Of a DNA stretch of 64,000 nucleotides, positions 43,101 to 53,834 are shown piece after piece. How positions within the stretch are numbered: the first letter of the stretch is position 1; each line of letters begins with the position of its first letter. The stretch is from assembly GCA_000165345.1 (NCBI GenBank), contig CM000430.1, positions 864,001 through 928,000 of the forward strand, given 5' to 3'. The notes below the pieces were generated by a model that was given only the letters and a program-made list of their open reading frames with translations, was not told the DNA's origin and searched no databases. Made by a program: the position numbers and the translations under genes.

Positions 43101-44533
43101 TTAGAAACTTTATTGGAAGTCTTACTTATAAGTGATAATACTGTAAGAGTTTTTCCAAGTCCTGGTTCATCACAGAAGATTCCTCCTTTTGTTTGAGAAT
43201 ATTCTTGTTCTCTAAATTCATTTCGTGATTTTGGACAAAATCCTAAATGGATTATTTTATTTGTATGGTTTATATATAAAGCAATACTAGATTTTCTTTG
43301 AAAAACTTGATAAGAAATATTAGAGGCCAGAAATTTGGGGTGAATTTTAATACCCATTAGATAATTTTGATTATTATCCCATATAATCTTTTCCAAATGT
43401 TGAGAATTGACTATTTGAGAAACATCACTTATTCTTAAATAGTGCCATATTGATAGATACTTAAATATATCTTCAGAAGAAGTTAAATATCTAATTGGAT
43501 TTTCAAATAACCAATGACCTTCTCCAGAATGTGATTCACGTTCTAATAGCCAAGTTACTGATCTTCTTTGATGAGGAAGTAAGTTATTTCTGTGGTATAT
43601 TAGCCAAATATATTTGAATGATTTGTTTAATATAGAAACCTGAGAGAGAGAATTATTATCTAGAAAATCAAAAATCTTCCACCAAATTTCGATTGGAATT
43701 TTAATATTCAAATATTGATGGATATATCCTTCACTTCTTAAAACTGATGCAATAACATCAGTTTTTTCATTTTCATGTTGATTTTCGTCAAAATTACTTA
43801 TGGAAAGTAATTCTTTACTCAAATAATTCATGACATTTCTGATAGATAACCCATTTATCAATTCTGAAGTAAATTCTAAATGTTCAACACAATTAAGTAC
43901 TTTGCATGTTGAATAGCAAAAACTCTCTATTACTTTATTCTCAATTGGAGCTTCTTCAATTCTTGATTGATTCTGAGAATCCAAAGATATTGATGAAGTT
44001 AGATCTGAAAATAAGTCTCCTTGAATCACTAATTTTTTGAATAAATCCAAAAGTAATTTTCTTTTTTCATCAAATTCTAAAGAAAATGTACTTTTTAAAT
44101 GGGATATAACTTCGCAAGTTATTCCACTATTACTTAAAGTAAAAATCCCTCTTTTACAATTATAACTTGTAATAAAATTTACTCCAAAATTATACCATAC
44201 ATATATCTTTACTCTCTTTACTTTATTTATCTCTTTTTCTTCTTCAAATTCTATTTGTGGAAACAAATTTTTCAGCTCTTGAGTGAATTCACTTTCAGCT
44301 TCAACAAAAGAGTCGAATTTAATTCCATCACAAATTCTTAATAAGTTTGACCAAATACTTTCTTTAAAAGAATATAATTCACTTTCAGAATCATTTTCTT
44401 TTCCAGCTTTATATAATAAATCATTTAAATCACTAATCCAAAATGAATATCCAATTTTATTCAACAAAAGCTCATTGCATTTTGAACCTAATCCTCCAAG
44501 CAAAACCCACCTATCTTTTGAATCAACATTCAT
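40103..44533 (-). CDS. SNF2-family DNA-dependent ATPase with an N-terminal F-box-like motif and a RING-like Cys cluster inserted between the helicase lobes (RAD5/RAD16/SHPRH-like)
   Basis: 1476 aa. The F-box-like motif is IPIEIWWKIFDFLDNNSLSQVSILNKSFKYIW. SNF2 motif I is CDEPGLGKTLTVLSLI and motif II is LIIDEGHNIGN. The Cys cluster is CDSCNEILLFPLIIPCPKLHLVCTYCIMEKHG...CIVCGENIQ. The C-terminal helicase lobe reads LLLSIDIGSHGLDLSCVSNIYILDP...QTISRAYRIRS. Confidence 0.75.
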   Translation of the reverse strand: MNVDSKDRWVLLGGLGSKCNELLLNKIGYSFWISDLNDLLYKAGKENDSESELYSFKESIWSNLLRICDGIKFDSFVEAESEFTQELKNLFPQIEFEEEKEINKVKRVKIYVWYNFGVNFITSYNCKRGIFTLSNSGITCEVISHLKSTFSLEFDEKRKLLLDLFKKLVIQGDLFSDLTSSISLDSQNQSRIEEAPIENKVIESFCYSTCKVLNCVEHLEFTSELINGLSIRNVMNYLSKELLSISNFDENQHENEKTDVIASVLRSEGYIHQYLNIKIPIEIWWKIFDFLDNNSLSQVSILNKSFKYIWLIYHRNNLLPHQRRSVTWLLERESHSGEGHWLFENPIRYLTSSEDIFKYLSIWHYLRISDVSQIVNSQHLEKIIWDNNQNYLMGIKIHPKFLASNISYQVFQRKSSIALYINHTNKIIHLGFCPKSRNEFREQEYSQTKGGIFCDEPGLGKTLTVLSLISKTSNKVSNIHKDDGTSYFEYPFGVKDLLYKINQPELGINFMISHKTSPIKLVNISTQDESNSQYLYQNNVINKNSDLIPTGATLIIVPNHLIQHWIEEIKKWYKTDVIVTYNSNNHSKKSISTNKRIYPHNYKSHDSNHDILIYLFDDPSKDEIIEPYILAQAKAVILSYRMLTKQFQLCKVKQKYKRAFLTNTKGKNQNNKDIKQDLKDPFFRQEMSPILRIKWLRLIIDEGHNIGNSEISSTLYQQFIFKIKSEFKWIMSGTPLPISIIKSINTNIPNILKFLQLPIICDKTRNYEQESIRNSRRSYNNDDNNTNLKSIQESSQINYCNNSNNYSILKLISKSSINGKLSPIGIFTIFTQIASIIVLNQKNQCLRNYLPNLIGPIKKVIQPFIDNEFYIYNIICELTQRNLFCTYFSQDNIDSLLHPCNLNYRQEVIWNFRFASILGFTMNIKDFILDDNKLQLIKNMNLSIPYISVSMKDIQELRLMFENKHPNYENDHFYQIESTLRMEFVLDYFTNIKLSSPQSSNSFNYYNCDSCNEILLFPLIIPCPKLHLVCTYCIMEKHGYIPIHVNLNISKNCNNSKKKLYWTKRGPIKFCIVCGENIQINSDFFDRLQVPIQISHIELKNDNSISNSGSSSSSSSSSSSIPNSCLISNYKEYNNIIPLFNFPLITQLKILLTKNYKSNEIEKNILELYQKFTDITVNNINNYLYNYIHSFGNSLLPFIDIYQNIPLISIGLISLSSSKLRYILHCILKDIEENPKIKIMIVSSLWQQLDFLYYTLTILFNIGTCRYYPHIPKSELQRSISNFKKDDSNNIQEINNKFPVLLLSIDIGSHGLDLSCVSNIYILDPISDESIENQTISRAYRIRSNNITSSSFVKVKYCLIQDTFEDILYDYIQYKRFIFQNNNSKTSSLNNFLKEDDLDKVKRSNKRRKRSSISSSSSSSSYGGNSHIRKNMNLDSNIIINNNLDSNLIPNHIINTQESNFLDLDPTQLLLRIFLK

Positions 44534-45510
44534 TTCTCATGTTAACTGCTTCTATTTGTTTAAATCTGCTTAAATAATAACTTTAAGTCTTTTAATCTGT
44601 GAATTCTAGATACCTGTAATTCACGACCAATACATTGAATTTCATCAAAAACAAAATTATGAAAATAAACTTTAAAAAAACCCGTGTTTCTTTCTCTATA
44701 AATATCTTTGCCTTTTACTATACTGCCTTTCTGAATTATAATAACAATAAGTAATAATTCCAGAATTCTTTTGACTCAATTTGAAATATTAACCTTTAAA
44801 TGTTTTGGCGCCATGTCATTTTGACATTAACATTTGTAAGAATTACTATAAATATTGTTAGTATTATTATTGTTACAATTAATTCATTATTCCAACTTTT
44901 AATTCGTGAATTCAAATAAATTTCTTTAATTTAGTTGATTGAATGTCTTTTTAACTTTGTTATATTATTTTCAAAATGTTCTTAAACTTTTCCTTAACAT
45001 GTAACAATTTTGTTATAACTTTAAAATTAATTTAATAATTTAATTAAATGAAATTAACTCATTAATGTATTTTTATTTGTAATTGAAATTATAAATGAAG
45101 AATAGTATTGCTTGCAAAAATTGATTATTTATTGCTTCACGAACTTTCAACATAAAATTCAAGATTATTCACTATGTCAAATCAATAAAAAGTAGAAAAA
45201 GCTTCTCTCTTGAATTTTGTTCATATCTCCATTTATTAAATAATAATAACAATAATATTAATAGGAATCATATATAACTATTGAATACAATTTTTAAAAA
45301 AATTATATATATAATAAACCAAAATTATAATACTAAAACTAATAGAATATTTATGTACACAAAATTTGCATGCAACCCTATCTCTCTAATGTAACATTGC
45401 ATGCAAATTTCGATTTTTTGTTAATAATGACACGTAATCAATTATAATGACCTCCCCACACTTGGCGCCCAATGAATTATTCGGGTAATTTTAATATTGC
45501 AATAATTATT

Positions 45511-45552
45511 ATCAAAATCTTATAATAGTGATCACTATTATAAGATTTTGAT
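45511..45552. repeat. Perfect 42-bp palindrome (ATCAAAATCTTATAATAGTGATCACTATTATAAGATTTTGAT)
   Basis: The sequence equals its own reverse complement. It sits about 50 nt downstream of the stop codon of the minus-strand lipase gene. Confidence 0.95.
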
Positions 45553-45603
45553 GAAAAATGATTGTATTTTTGTAAAAAGAAAGTATAAGTATTCACTCAA
45601 AAA

Positions 45604-48069
45604 TTATTTTCTCCTGGATCCATACTTGATATTACGAATAGTATCCTTGATAGCTTTTTCTAGAAAATTCATATGCTTAATTCTCATAACATGTGGCCAT
45701 GTTCTCCTTTCACCTTCAGTTATAAAGTGAAGCATATCATCATATGACGGATGATTAATACACCTATACCAATCAAAAAGGGATACTCTTGGAGTAATAG
45801 TAACATGACCTTCAATTTCTTGTAACATCCAAAAATTGCTAACATCTTTTCCAAATAACTTTGGAATTAATTTCAGTTTTGCTAATTTAGTATACCTATA
45901 TTTAATATCTAAAGTTAACCAATTTAAAACATTATGTAAAAATGTTCGCTCTGGGTGAATTATGCTTGTATTTATTGGATTTACTGAAACAAAAGGTACA
46001 TGATGTGGGTTTACTTGTGATACAATAAATTGTCGTACATTAAATAATGTTGATAACTCTTTATGTGGTATATCTTGAGAAATTGATCCATCCATCCATT
46101 TCATTCCTGGTGGAAAATATCGGATTATTTTATTGGTATGATTTTCTTTTGCAAATAATTCTGCTACTGGCATTAATCCTGGTAATGCACAAGAAGCTGA
46201 AACTGCACTCCAAAGTAAAATATCTGGAGTAGTAATACAATTTAAAACTAATGGTTCAGTAAATTCTGGAGTTACATAAGTTGGACTCACTGTTATTGTT
46301 ACTATTCTTCCTGTTAATTTATATGCTTCATAGAATGTATAATTCTTAAAGTAAGTCTGACAAGTCTTAATAAATTCTTTTGGATCTATCATATAACCTT
46401 TTACTAGGAAATGACGGATCTGATCTAATAATGGAGGAAACCAACGATGACCATGCATATTTGAAACTGTTGGTTTAATATATTCGTTTAAAATCTCTTC
46501 ATTACTTTTTGTTGCAAGTATTGCTGCAACAATTGAACCTCCACTTGTGCCATTGATTATTTTTGGCATTATATCTTGTTCTAATAAAACTTTAACAACA
46601 CCCAAATGATACATTGCTAAAGCTCCTCCTCCACTTAAGCATAAAGCAGTTTTGCCTGTTGAATGCCCTAAAAGTTCTAAATAATGAATTAAGCTATTAC
46701 TTGCTAACGAGCCTTCACTTTTTGAAAATGTTAGAACTGATCCAGTACCTGTTTCAAAGCTAAATTGGCTCATATAATTCTTTCTTACTTTATTTTCATA
46801 GTAATAACCCCAATCAGAATTCCATCTATCACTACCATCCTTTGAAATATTAAACCCACTATCGATCGCTTGTAAATCATTATCATACTCCTTACAATGA
46901 CATTCTTTATTAATACCGGAATTTAATTCGTCTTTATTTACTTTATTTTCTTCATTATTTGCCAAACATTTTTCACATGTTTGAATAGAAACATTCTTTG
47001 ACATATTCTCCATTCTAAACTCTGATAAAGAAGAAATTGAAGTATTCATTAAATCTCTATTTTTTAAAGATATTCTACCAGATGAACTTTTATTATTCAT
47101 TCTTCCTGTGCTTGAAAGCTCTTGCTCATTACTAGTCAAGTAAAGATTTTTTGTCTCTTCTTTAATTGAATCACTATTCGAGTTTTCCTTTTCTTCCTCT
47201 AAAAGCCTTTCTATATCATCAAAATCAAAACCTTCATCGCCATCTTCCATACTGAAATTCATTGAATTTTCTTCTATTTCCTTATTGAATAATGAACTAC
47301 TTGAATAAATACTTGATTGTTTTGAGAAGCTTATCAATCTTTCTATTGAATTTGATCTTGAATCCTGATCAGAAGAAAGTTTATATGTATTTCTATCACT
47401 TAAAGCATTCTCAAGTTCTATTGAAAGTTCTGGAGATTTTGAACACATTGTCAAAAACTTTAATACATTCTCAATCTCATCCTCAAATTCATCTATTAGA
47501 ATCTTTGTACCAGAAAACGCTTTGTTATATAATGCTTGTTTTGATATTGACGCAAAATTCCTATCGCAACACCATCTTAATAGAAATACCAATTTCTTCA
47601 AATTATTGTTCTTTCTTGCTTCTTTCAACCTAGTTATATACTCCTTTAAATAAATCCATTGATAATCATCAGTCTCCTCAACTGATCTCCATTCATATCC
47701 ACCACAAATCTCATCCAATTTAGTACCAATATTAAACCATTCATCATAACTATTTGATTGTTCTAATCTGTAATATAGTTCATCTCTTGCTGTATGGAAA
47801 CTTCTAATCCATAAACTTAATCTTAATAATAAACTTGACCATATAAATAGTATAATATTTATTGATATTCTAAATATATGATATAATCCCAGCATTACCC
47901 TCCCAAACGAAAATAGAAATGAGCCCAATAACCATAAGCACCATGTCATCCATATTAATGCATATTGTCTAATTCTTGCATTAATTAAAATCAATAATGC
48001 AAATGTTGTTAAAAAAGTTGTTGAAAATATCAAATGGACCAAAAATATTACCAACCATGTACTAATCAT
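45604..48069 (-). CDS. Patatin-like triacylglycerol lipase (SDP1/TGL4 family)
   Basis: The N-terminus has transmembrane helices. A DUF3336-like region follows (YDEWFNIGTKLDEICGGYEWR). The patatin domain carries the oxyanion motif LCLSGGGALAMYHLGVVKVL and the GxSxG motif INGTSGGSIVAA. The first ATG on the minus strand is at 48069; the ORF track extends to a TTG at 48090. Confidence 0.8.
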   Translation of the reverse strand: MISTWLVIFLVHLIFSTTFLTTFALLILINARIRQYALIWMTWCLWLLGSFLFSFGRVMLGLYHIFRISINIILFIWSSLLLRLSLWIRSFHTARDELYYRLEQSNSYDEWFNIGTKLDEICGGYEWRSVEETDDYQWIYLKEYITRLKEARKNNNLKKLVFLLRWCCDRNFASISKQALYNKAFSGTKILIDEFEDEIENVLKFLTMCSKSPELSIELENALSDRNTYKLSSDQDSRSNSIERLISFSKQSSIYSSSSLFNKEIEENSMNFSMEDGDEGFDFDDIERLLEEEKENSNSDSIKEETKNLYLTSNEQELSSTGRMNNKSSSGRISLKNRDLMNTSISSLSEFRMENMSKNVSIQTCEKCLANNEENKVNKDELNSGINKECHCKEYDNDLQAIDSGFNISKDGSDRWNSDWGYYYENKVRKNYMSQFSFETGTGSVLTFSKSEGSLASNSLIHYLELLGHSTGKTALCLSGGGALAMYHLGVVKVLLEQDIMPKIINGTSGGSIVAAILATKSNEEILNEYIKPTVSNMHGHRWFPPLLDQIRHFLVKGYMIDPKEFIKTCQTYFKNYTFYEAYKLTGRIVTITVSPTYVTPEFTEPLVLNCITTPDILLWSAVSASCALPGLMPVAELFAKENHTNKIIRYFPPGMKWMDGSISQDIPHKELSTLFNVRQFIVSQVNPHHVPFVSVNPINTSIIHPERTFLHNVLNWLTLDIKYRYTKLAKLKLIPKLFGKDVSNFWMLQEIEGHVTITPRVSLFDWYRCINHPSYDDMLHFITEGERRTWPHVMRIKHMNFLEKAIKDTIRNIKYGSRRK

Positions 48070-48915
48070 TGTCAGATGTATTACATGCAAACAATATTAC
48101 ATGCTTACATGCATGTGGATAAAATTAATATTTATATATAATATATAATAATAATAATATAACCAGCTTCTTCAATTAATTTTCCACACCTTTTATACAA
48201 TACTTGGATCTGAGTTAAGGATTTGAAGTTATTTCACAAAGCTTGTAAAAGTAATAGAAATAATTTAATTATTTTTATTATTTTGTTTTTTTTTTACCAT
48301 TTTACTTAATAAATTTATATATACAATTTAATGTATAGCTCCAAACTCATTAATTTAGTATTTTAGGGAGTACTTGTTTTACCAATTCTTAGATTAGCAA
48401 ATATAGGAAAATATAACTACCCTTAATCAAGTTATTTTGGGGAAAAATAAAAAGAAAAAACTGATTATAATTTTTTTTTTTAAATTTTTAATTTAATTTT
48501 TGTGTCAATTTTTAAATGCAATTTCCCCACATGCCATTTATTTTTCTTCCTCGCTTACGTGAAAAAAAAAATTCATTGCACATGTACCGCGCAAACTACT
48601 AAATAAGCCAAAGAATTAATTAAAATAATTAATACGTGTAATATTATATTTATTTATTTATAATTGGAACAAATTTCAGTCAAATACCTAGTAAATCCAG
48701 ATTTAATTCAATATTTCTATGACCCACAGGTTAATGGAAGCTTGAATCTATTTGGATTTGTTGGAAAGGACATTTTGAGGGAATATTGTATTAAATCTAG
48801 AAATCCACTTGAGGAAATTAGAATTAAAAAATAAAATAAAATAATAATATCAATAATAATAAATCAAGAGAATCAAATTTCCTTGGTCACCAAATTATCA
48901 AATTATTTTTTGTTG

Positions 48916-51144
48916 ATGAACAACTTTAAAGATTTAGGTGCAAATGCATCCAAGGAAGATGTATTATTTTTTCGCTTTATAAAACTTTTTCAATCAATTA
49001 AACAAGTATCAGAAATTCTTATCGAACTTTCCGTAAATTTTATTCTATTCTTAACTTCATTATTGGCCTGGATCTTTCAATTTAATTCGTATTTGATTTT
49101 CTTTTTCAAGAATGCATACAAATTCATATGTAGAATTACTGATTTGGTTACTTTACAACAAAAGATATATATTCTAATAACAATAATCATTTTATATATA
49201 TTAATATATATAATTAACAAGTTATATAGGTCAATAAAAAGGTTGAGAAGGCATTACCACATGAAATGGTCAGTTCTAATAAATCATTTACTTTATATTT
49301 TATCTCCATATTTGATTTTTATCTTTACAATTTACTTGCCTTTATGTATTGTTGTCCCAAAATTTTACTTTGAAGCCATTATAATACGTACTTGGATTCT
49401 TTGGATACCTATAATTAAATCCATTACTTTAGTCTACAATTCTTTATATGGAAATTATTGTCATGAAAATACACCAATTTATAAAGTTATTTCAATACTT
49501 GAGAAATATAATAATACTGACATTATTTTGAATTTATTAGAGACAATTTCCTGTAGAATTGGAAATAAATATAAAATATCACTCCAACCAGGAAAATCTA
49601 ATAGTTCACTAACATTATTAAATTCAAAAAGTACAATGGTAAAGGAAATCGTACAAATTAAGGCAATTCAATGTTGGGTTGACTACTTTAATTTGTGGCT
49701 TATTTACTTTTTTCTAAAGAATTACATCCTTGGAAGTAGTATTAAATATATTTCAAGCATTATAATAAAATATTTTAAAGTAGTAAACATATTAATATTG
49801 GATACTATTAATAACTTTTCAAGTTCAAATTTAAAACTAATCTTTCTTGCAAGTAAATATAAACCTGTATCTTTTATAATACAGCCTATTGGATTTATTC
49901 TCAAATTTCCAACTAATATAATAAAGTACATTCTCTTATTAACAATTAATATGAACTGGAAGTATTTGCTCATTTCAATTGTTGTACTGAATGTATTACT
50001 CCAGATAAAATTCATTCAGGATCATGACAGTTGCTTCTCAATATTATTCAAAGATTCCAGAATAAAAATTGGTATTGGTTCTAGTAGCTGTTTTCAGAAA
50101 ATTGATAATGATGATGAAGATTGTAATAAAGATGATGATATTGATGAAGATAATGAATTGGAAGATGATGATCAAGATGAAAGAATTAATAACCAATCAG
50201 ACGAAAGTAATGACGAAAATTTTAGTAATAAGAATCATTTAGTTAAGGAATTTGAATCTTCTGGTAAGAATCTAATAATTTATGAATACCCATCACTTTC
50301 AATGTTATCAAGAAATTATTTAATAGCAATAATTGACTGGATCTCAAATAATTTGTTTGGAATATCTTTATTCAGCAATTTTAATATTCAAAATGATACT
50401 CCAAATAGCTCCCCGAACTTATTTATAAGCTTAAATCCCAAGAATATCACAAAGTCTCTTCCATCAATTGGTGATGAATTAGAAGAGACCACTACAGTGA
50501 GTGATAAAAAGTTAAGAAGAAGATCTTCTGTTAAGCCAGAGTTATTACATAGTAACACAATGCCACATCTTTCATTGAGTTCTGGTAATAATGTTAATTT
50601 AGAGAAAGAGGGTGAAGGAAAGTCTTCAAGCCAACTTAAAATAATTGCGAATTTATTAGAAAATAACGCAATAATTGGTTGGCTTCCAGAAAGTTGGAGA
50701 GCTTACTGTTTATTCATTGGAGAAAATATGATGAATAAATCAAGTAAATTTAAATATTGGATTTTGGTTGCAATTATTCTGATAGGTCAAGTTCCACAAT
50801 GGATTATTTTGTTATTTCCTTCTTTTATAGTAAACTTGATTGGATGTATGATATTTGGATATATTTATCCATTGATAATGAGTTTAAGAACAAGCAGTAA
50901 TATTGGAATTAGCTATTATTCTCTAAACACCAAAATGGGTGAAAAGTTACAAACATGGATAATTTACTTGATTATCTTCAATGTTTTGAATGAGATATTC
51001 TCCATGAATAGTTTTCATATGTTTGGAATAATTGCTTGGATACCTTTCAAAATTCACATATATTATCTGATTATCCTTCTTCTTCAACTCACTTCTTCTA
51101 TAATTCCAATTCTTACCAAGCAAGTCAAGTTTAAGAAAAAATGA
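48916..51144 (+). CDS. Polytopic membrane protein of unknown function with a central acidic loop
   Basis: About 742 aa from the first ATG. There are at least 10 hydrophobic helices. A D/E-rich loop (DDEDCNKDDDIDEDNELEDDDQDE) is present. Confidence 0.55.
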   Translation: MNNFKDLGANASKEDVLFFRFIKLFQSIKQVSEILIELSVNFILFLTSLLAWIFQFNSYLIFFFKNAYKFICRITDLVTLQQKIYILITIIILYILIYIINKLYRSIKRLRRHYHMKWSVLINHLLYILSPYLIFIFTIYLPLCIVVPKFYFEAIIIRTWILWIPIIKSITLVYNSLYGNYCHENTPIYKVISILEKYNNTDIILNLLETISCRIGNKYKISLQPGKSNSSLTLLNSKSTMVKEIVQIKAIQCWVDYFNLWLIYFFLKNYILGSSIKYISSIIIKYFKVVNILILDTINNFSSSNLKLIFLASKYKPVSFIIQPIGFILKFPTNIIKYILLLTINMNWKYLLISIVVLNVLLQIKFIQDHDSCFSILFKDSRIKIGIGSSSCFQKIDNDDEDCNKDDDIDEDNELEDDDQDERINNQSDESNDENFSNKNHLVKEFESSGKNLIIYEYPSLSMLSRNYLIAIIDWISNNLFGISLFSNFNIQNDTPNSSPNLFISLNPKNITKSLPSIGDELEETTTVSDKKLRRRSSVKPELLHSNTMPHLSLSSGNNVNLEKEGEGKSSSQLKIIANLLENNAIIGWLPESWRAYCLFIGENMMNKSSKFKYWILVAIILIGQVPQWIILLFPSFIVNLIGCMIFGYIYPLIMSLRTSSNIGISYYSLNTKMGEKLQTWIIYLIIFNVLNEIFSMNSFHMFGIIAWIPFKIHIYYLIILLLQLTSSIIPILTKQVKFKKK

Positions 51145-51335
51145 ATAGTTATTTAATCACCAAGTTATTAGTTATCCATTTCTATATCGGTGATTCCTCT
51201 CTTTTGAATACAAAAAGGTAGTCTGTTTAAGTAGGTATATAAATTAGTTAATTAGTTAAGAATTATCGGTGTCTTTTTTTTTAATTATTTATTTAATTAC
51301 ATTATTATATGTAATATAGAGAGATACTATTCAAC

Positions 51336-52324
51336 TTACTTAATTTTTGGGATCTCAGATGAAAGCTCAACTCTTAATTCTCTATATGATATATTTAAAT
51401 CTTTCTCAAAAGAAGGGGATATACTTTTTGAAAGAAAAATTCTCCAATTAATAGAATTGGACCAAATAAGTCCTAAACTTGGCTTTTGTTTGTTTCCAAA
51501 TATATTACTCCCAGGTATATGAAATTCATTAAGTTCTGTTGTAGTTTGGTTAGTTACAATCAGCCAGGAATCTTGGTCTACAGAAATTCTCTTGAATACA
51601 TTTGAAAATTGTATCAGGCTTGTAGATGCTGAACTATTTTCTGAAAAAGAAACTTTTGAACGGTATAAGTTTGTAATCGAGTCAATGAAGATCGCATCAA
51701 TTTTGTGATTCAAACAAATACCAGGTATAACTCTTTGTAGAAAAATATTCAAATCTTCCAAAGTATTAATTTTGTAGACCTTAACATAATTCATCAATTT
51801 ATTATGCAAAATATTGAGAAGATCGTCTTCATTATTATCTAATTTTTCTTTTGAATTTGCTTTTAAATACTCAAATTCTAATTTTGATTTGAGAATTTCA
51901 GACAATCTTCCATTGGAAAATACTCCATTTTCTGTATATAATACACAAACAATCCCAATATCACTATTAAGCTCGCCCATAACTTTGGAAAAATCCAAAT
52001 TCCTTAACAATACTGAGGTTATCAGAGTTAAACACCATTGAGTTTTTCCAGTCCCTGCTTCTCCCTATAGACGGTTAAAATATTGTAAATTAACTAATAG
52101 GTTATTGGGAATAAAAGGCACACTCAGAAATCACTCACCGTTATCTCAAACAATATTCTTTTTGGAATCCCTCCATTAAAAGCTTTATCTACAACATTTG
52201 ATCCCGTTGATAGCCTTGTATCATCCATTAGCATTTGTTCTGAGGTTGAGATGATTTCTTCTGCTCCTCTGGATCTCCACCATGTTAATTCAAAACCACC
52301 CCCCTTCCCTGATTCTTTTTTCAT
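51336..52324 (-). CDS. RAD51 paralog (XRCC3/RAD51C-like RecA-fold ATPase), 2 exons
   Basis: Exons on the minus strand are 52139..52324 and 51336..52064. The 74-nt intron is GTGAGT..CTATAG. The spliced sequence LSTGSNVVDKAFNGGIPKRILFEIT/GEAGTGKTQWCLTLI places the Walker A motif across the junction. A Walker B-like AIFIDSITNLYR follows. Confidence 0.65.
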
Positions 52325-52745
52325 TGAATTTGAATCTTAATGTTTTTGTTGATACTCGTTTTCTGCATTTTACCAAAATAACAGCCAGCAATACTTTCTT
52401 TCTTAAAAGTTAACTTTAATTGAGCGCAAGAATATGCCCGATAACTATGAAATTGAGGGGGCGGGGAGAGAATTAAATATTCATGCATTAATTGGACTTT
52501 AGGTAATGAAAATACAATGAATAACTTTAAAATTGTTTCAATTTAATATTCTTCCACTCTTAAGCCTCTATTTGTATTAAGAATAATAAGTTAGCATAAA
52601 ATTACTTTATTATTAATGTATATGAAAATATTTCGATGTTAGTTGTAATTTTAGCCATTTTCTTTATTTCGTTCATATAATTTCCTGATTATCTAATTCC
52701 TGAGTTATTTGAGAATTCTTGTAATTAAATACATTAATATATATT

Positions 52746-53834
52746 TTAATATCCAGTAGCTCTCCAAGTATGAGGATTGGTCTGATAAACTTTTGCTTCT
52801 CCAACCAAATTCTTAAGCTGATTCCTAATATCATCATGTGTGGCATGAACATCTCTTGTTAATAAAGAGTCAAAGATTCCATCAATAGTCATTTCTGGGT
52901 TACCTTCATTTGATGCTTGGTCTAATACAGAGGAAATGATTTCTCTTAACTTTAGAGGGTTACTTTGAACTCCAGCTCCTGAATTGAATTGATTAGACTT
53001 TGGTGCAATAGCTGAAACTACCCTGATTGGTGGTTTATTCATCGAGATATTCTGTTCATTACCAAAGTTGTTATTACCTCCATAATTATTAAAGTTACCT
53101 TCATTTTTGTTATTCGTATTATTGTTGTTATTACTTCCAAATTGTCCGCTTAAGTTAAACATTGAAGATACAATACTTTGATTTGAATCCTTTACAGAAT
53201 CTCCTGCACCTCCGTAATTCATTGATCCTTGTTTGTTAATTATTACGTTAGAGTCAGAAAGTTGTACTTTCCCTGAATCATAAGTATTGCCATACATACT
53301 TCTTACTATATAGCTTGCAACATCAATATCGTGTAATGAAATCTCATCAGTACATACTAATGGGCGCACTACAAAAGCTCTTACTGATGGTTCCGAAACC
53401 ATTAAAGTCAATTCTCCAAATATCTTTACAAAGCATCCTTCGTGTATAGAATTTACCAAATCCTGCTTGTACTTTGTTCCTGTATTATCTACTAGCCAGT
53501 CTATTAGGATTAATCCTGATCCATCATCTAAATAAAAACGTAGTCTTTGTGGATAATCATCATGCTCAACATTTCTAACAAATCCTACTAACTTGAACAA
53601 GTTAATATCTTTGTCAAAAAGTTGAAATCTGCTTAATGTTACAAAATTGCTATATGATCGAAGAATCATACCAACTTTTAATGGTGCTAATTTCTGTTCG
53701 TTTCCTACACTTTGTTTTCTTTCATTTCCATTTTGCATGGAACTATCATTCCCATCAATCATAAACCCACCAGATTCATTCAAATCGTCCATTCCAAATC
53801 CTCCAAAAGGTTTATTATTTCCACCAAAATTCAT
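52746..53834 (-). CDS. Replication protein A 32-kDa subunit (RPA2)-like
   Basis: The G/S/N-rich N-terminus (MNFGGNNKPFGGFGMDD) is followed by an OB fold (LKVGMILRSYSNFVTLSRFQLFDKDINLFKLVGFVRNVEH...CFVKIFGELTLM...VRAFVVRPLVCTDEISLH). A C-terminal winged-helix-like segment follows. The layout matches RPA2. An Stn1-like assignment is not excluded. Confidence 0.55.
   Translation of the reverse strand: MNFGGNNKPFGGFGMDDLNESGGFMIDGNDSSMQNGNERKQSVGNEQKLAPLKVGMILRSYSNFVTLSRFQLFDKDINLFKLVGFVRNVEHDDYPQRLRFYLDDGSGLILIDWLVDNTGTKYKQDLVNSIHEGCFVKIFGELTLMVSEPSVRAFVVRPLVCTDEISLHDIDVASYIVRSMYGNTYDSGKVQLSDSNVIINKQGSMNYGGAGDSVKDSNQSIVSSMFNLSGQFGSNNNNNTNNKNEGNFNNYGGNNNFGNEQNISMNKPPIRVVSAIAPKSNQFNSGAGVQSNPLKLREIISSVLDQASNEGNPEMTIDGIFDSLLTRDVHATHDDIRNQLKNLVGEAKVYQTNPHTWRATGY

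Noticed and set aside
52457-52466. GGGGGCGGGG (Sp1-like GC box) between the RAD51 paralog and the RPA2 gene
   Set aside because: It is a single occurrence. I counted it as a member of the E2F or G-box-like family rather than a separate element.
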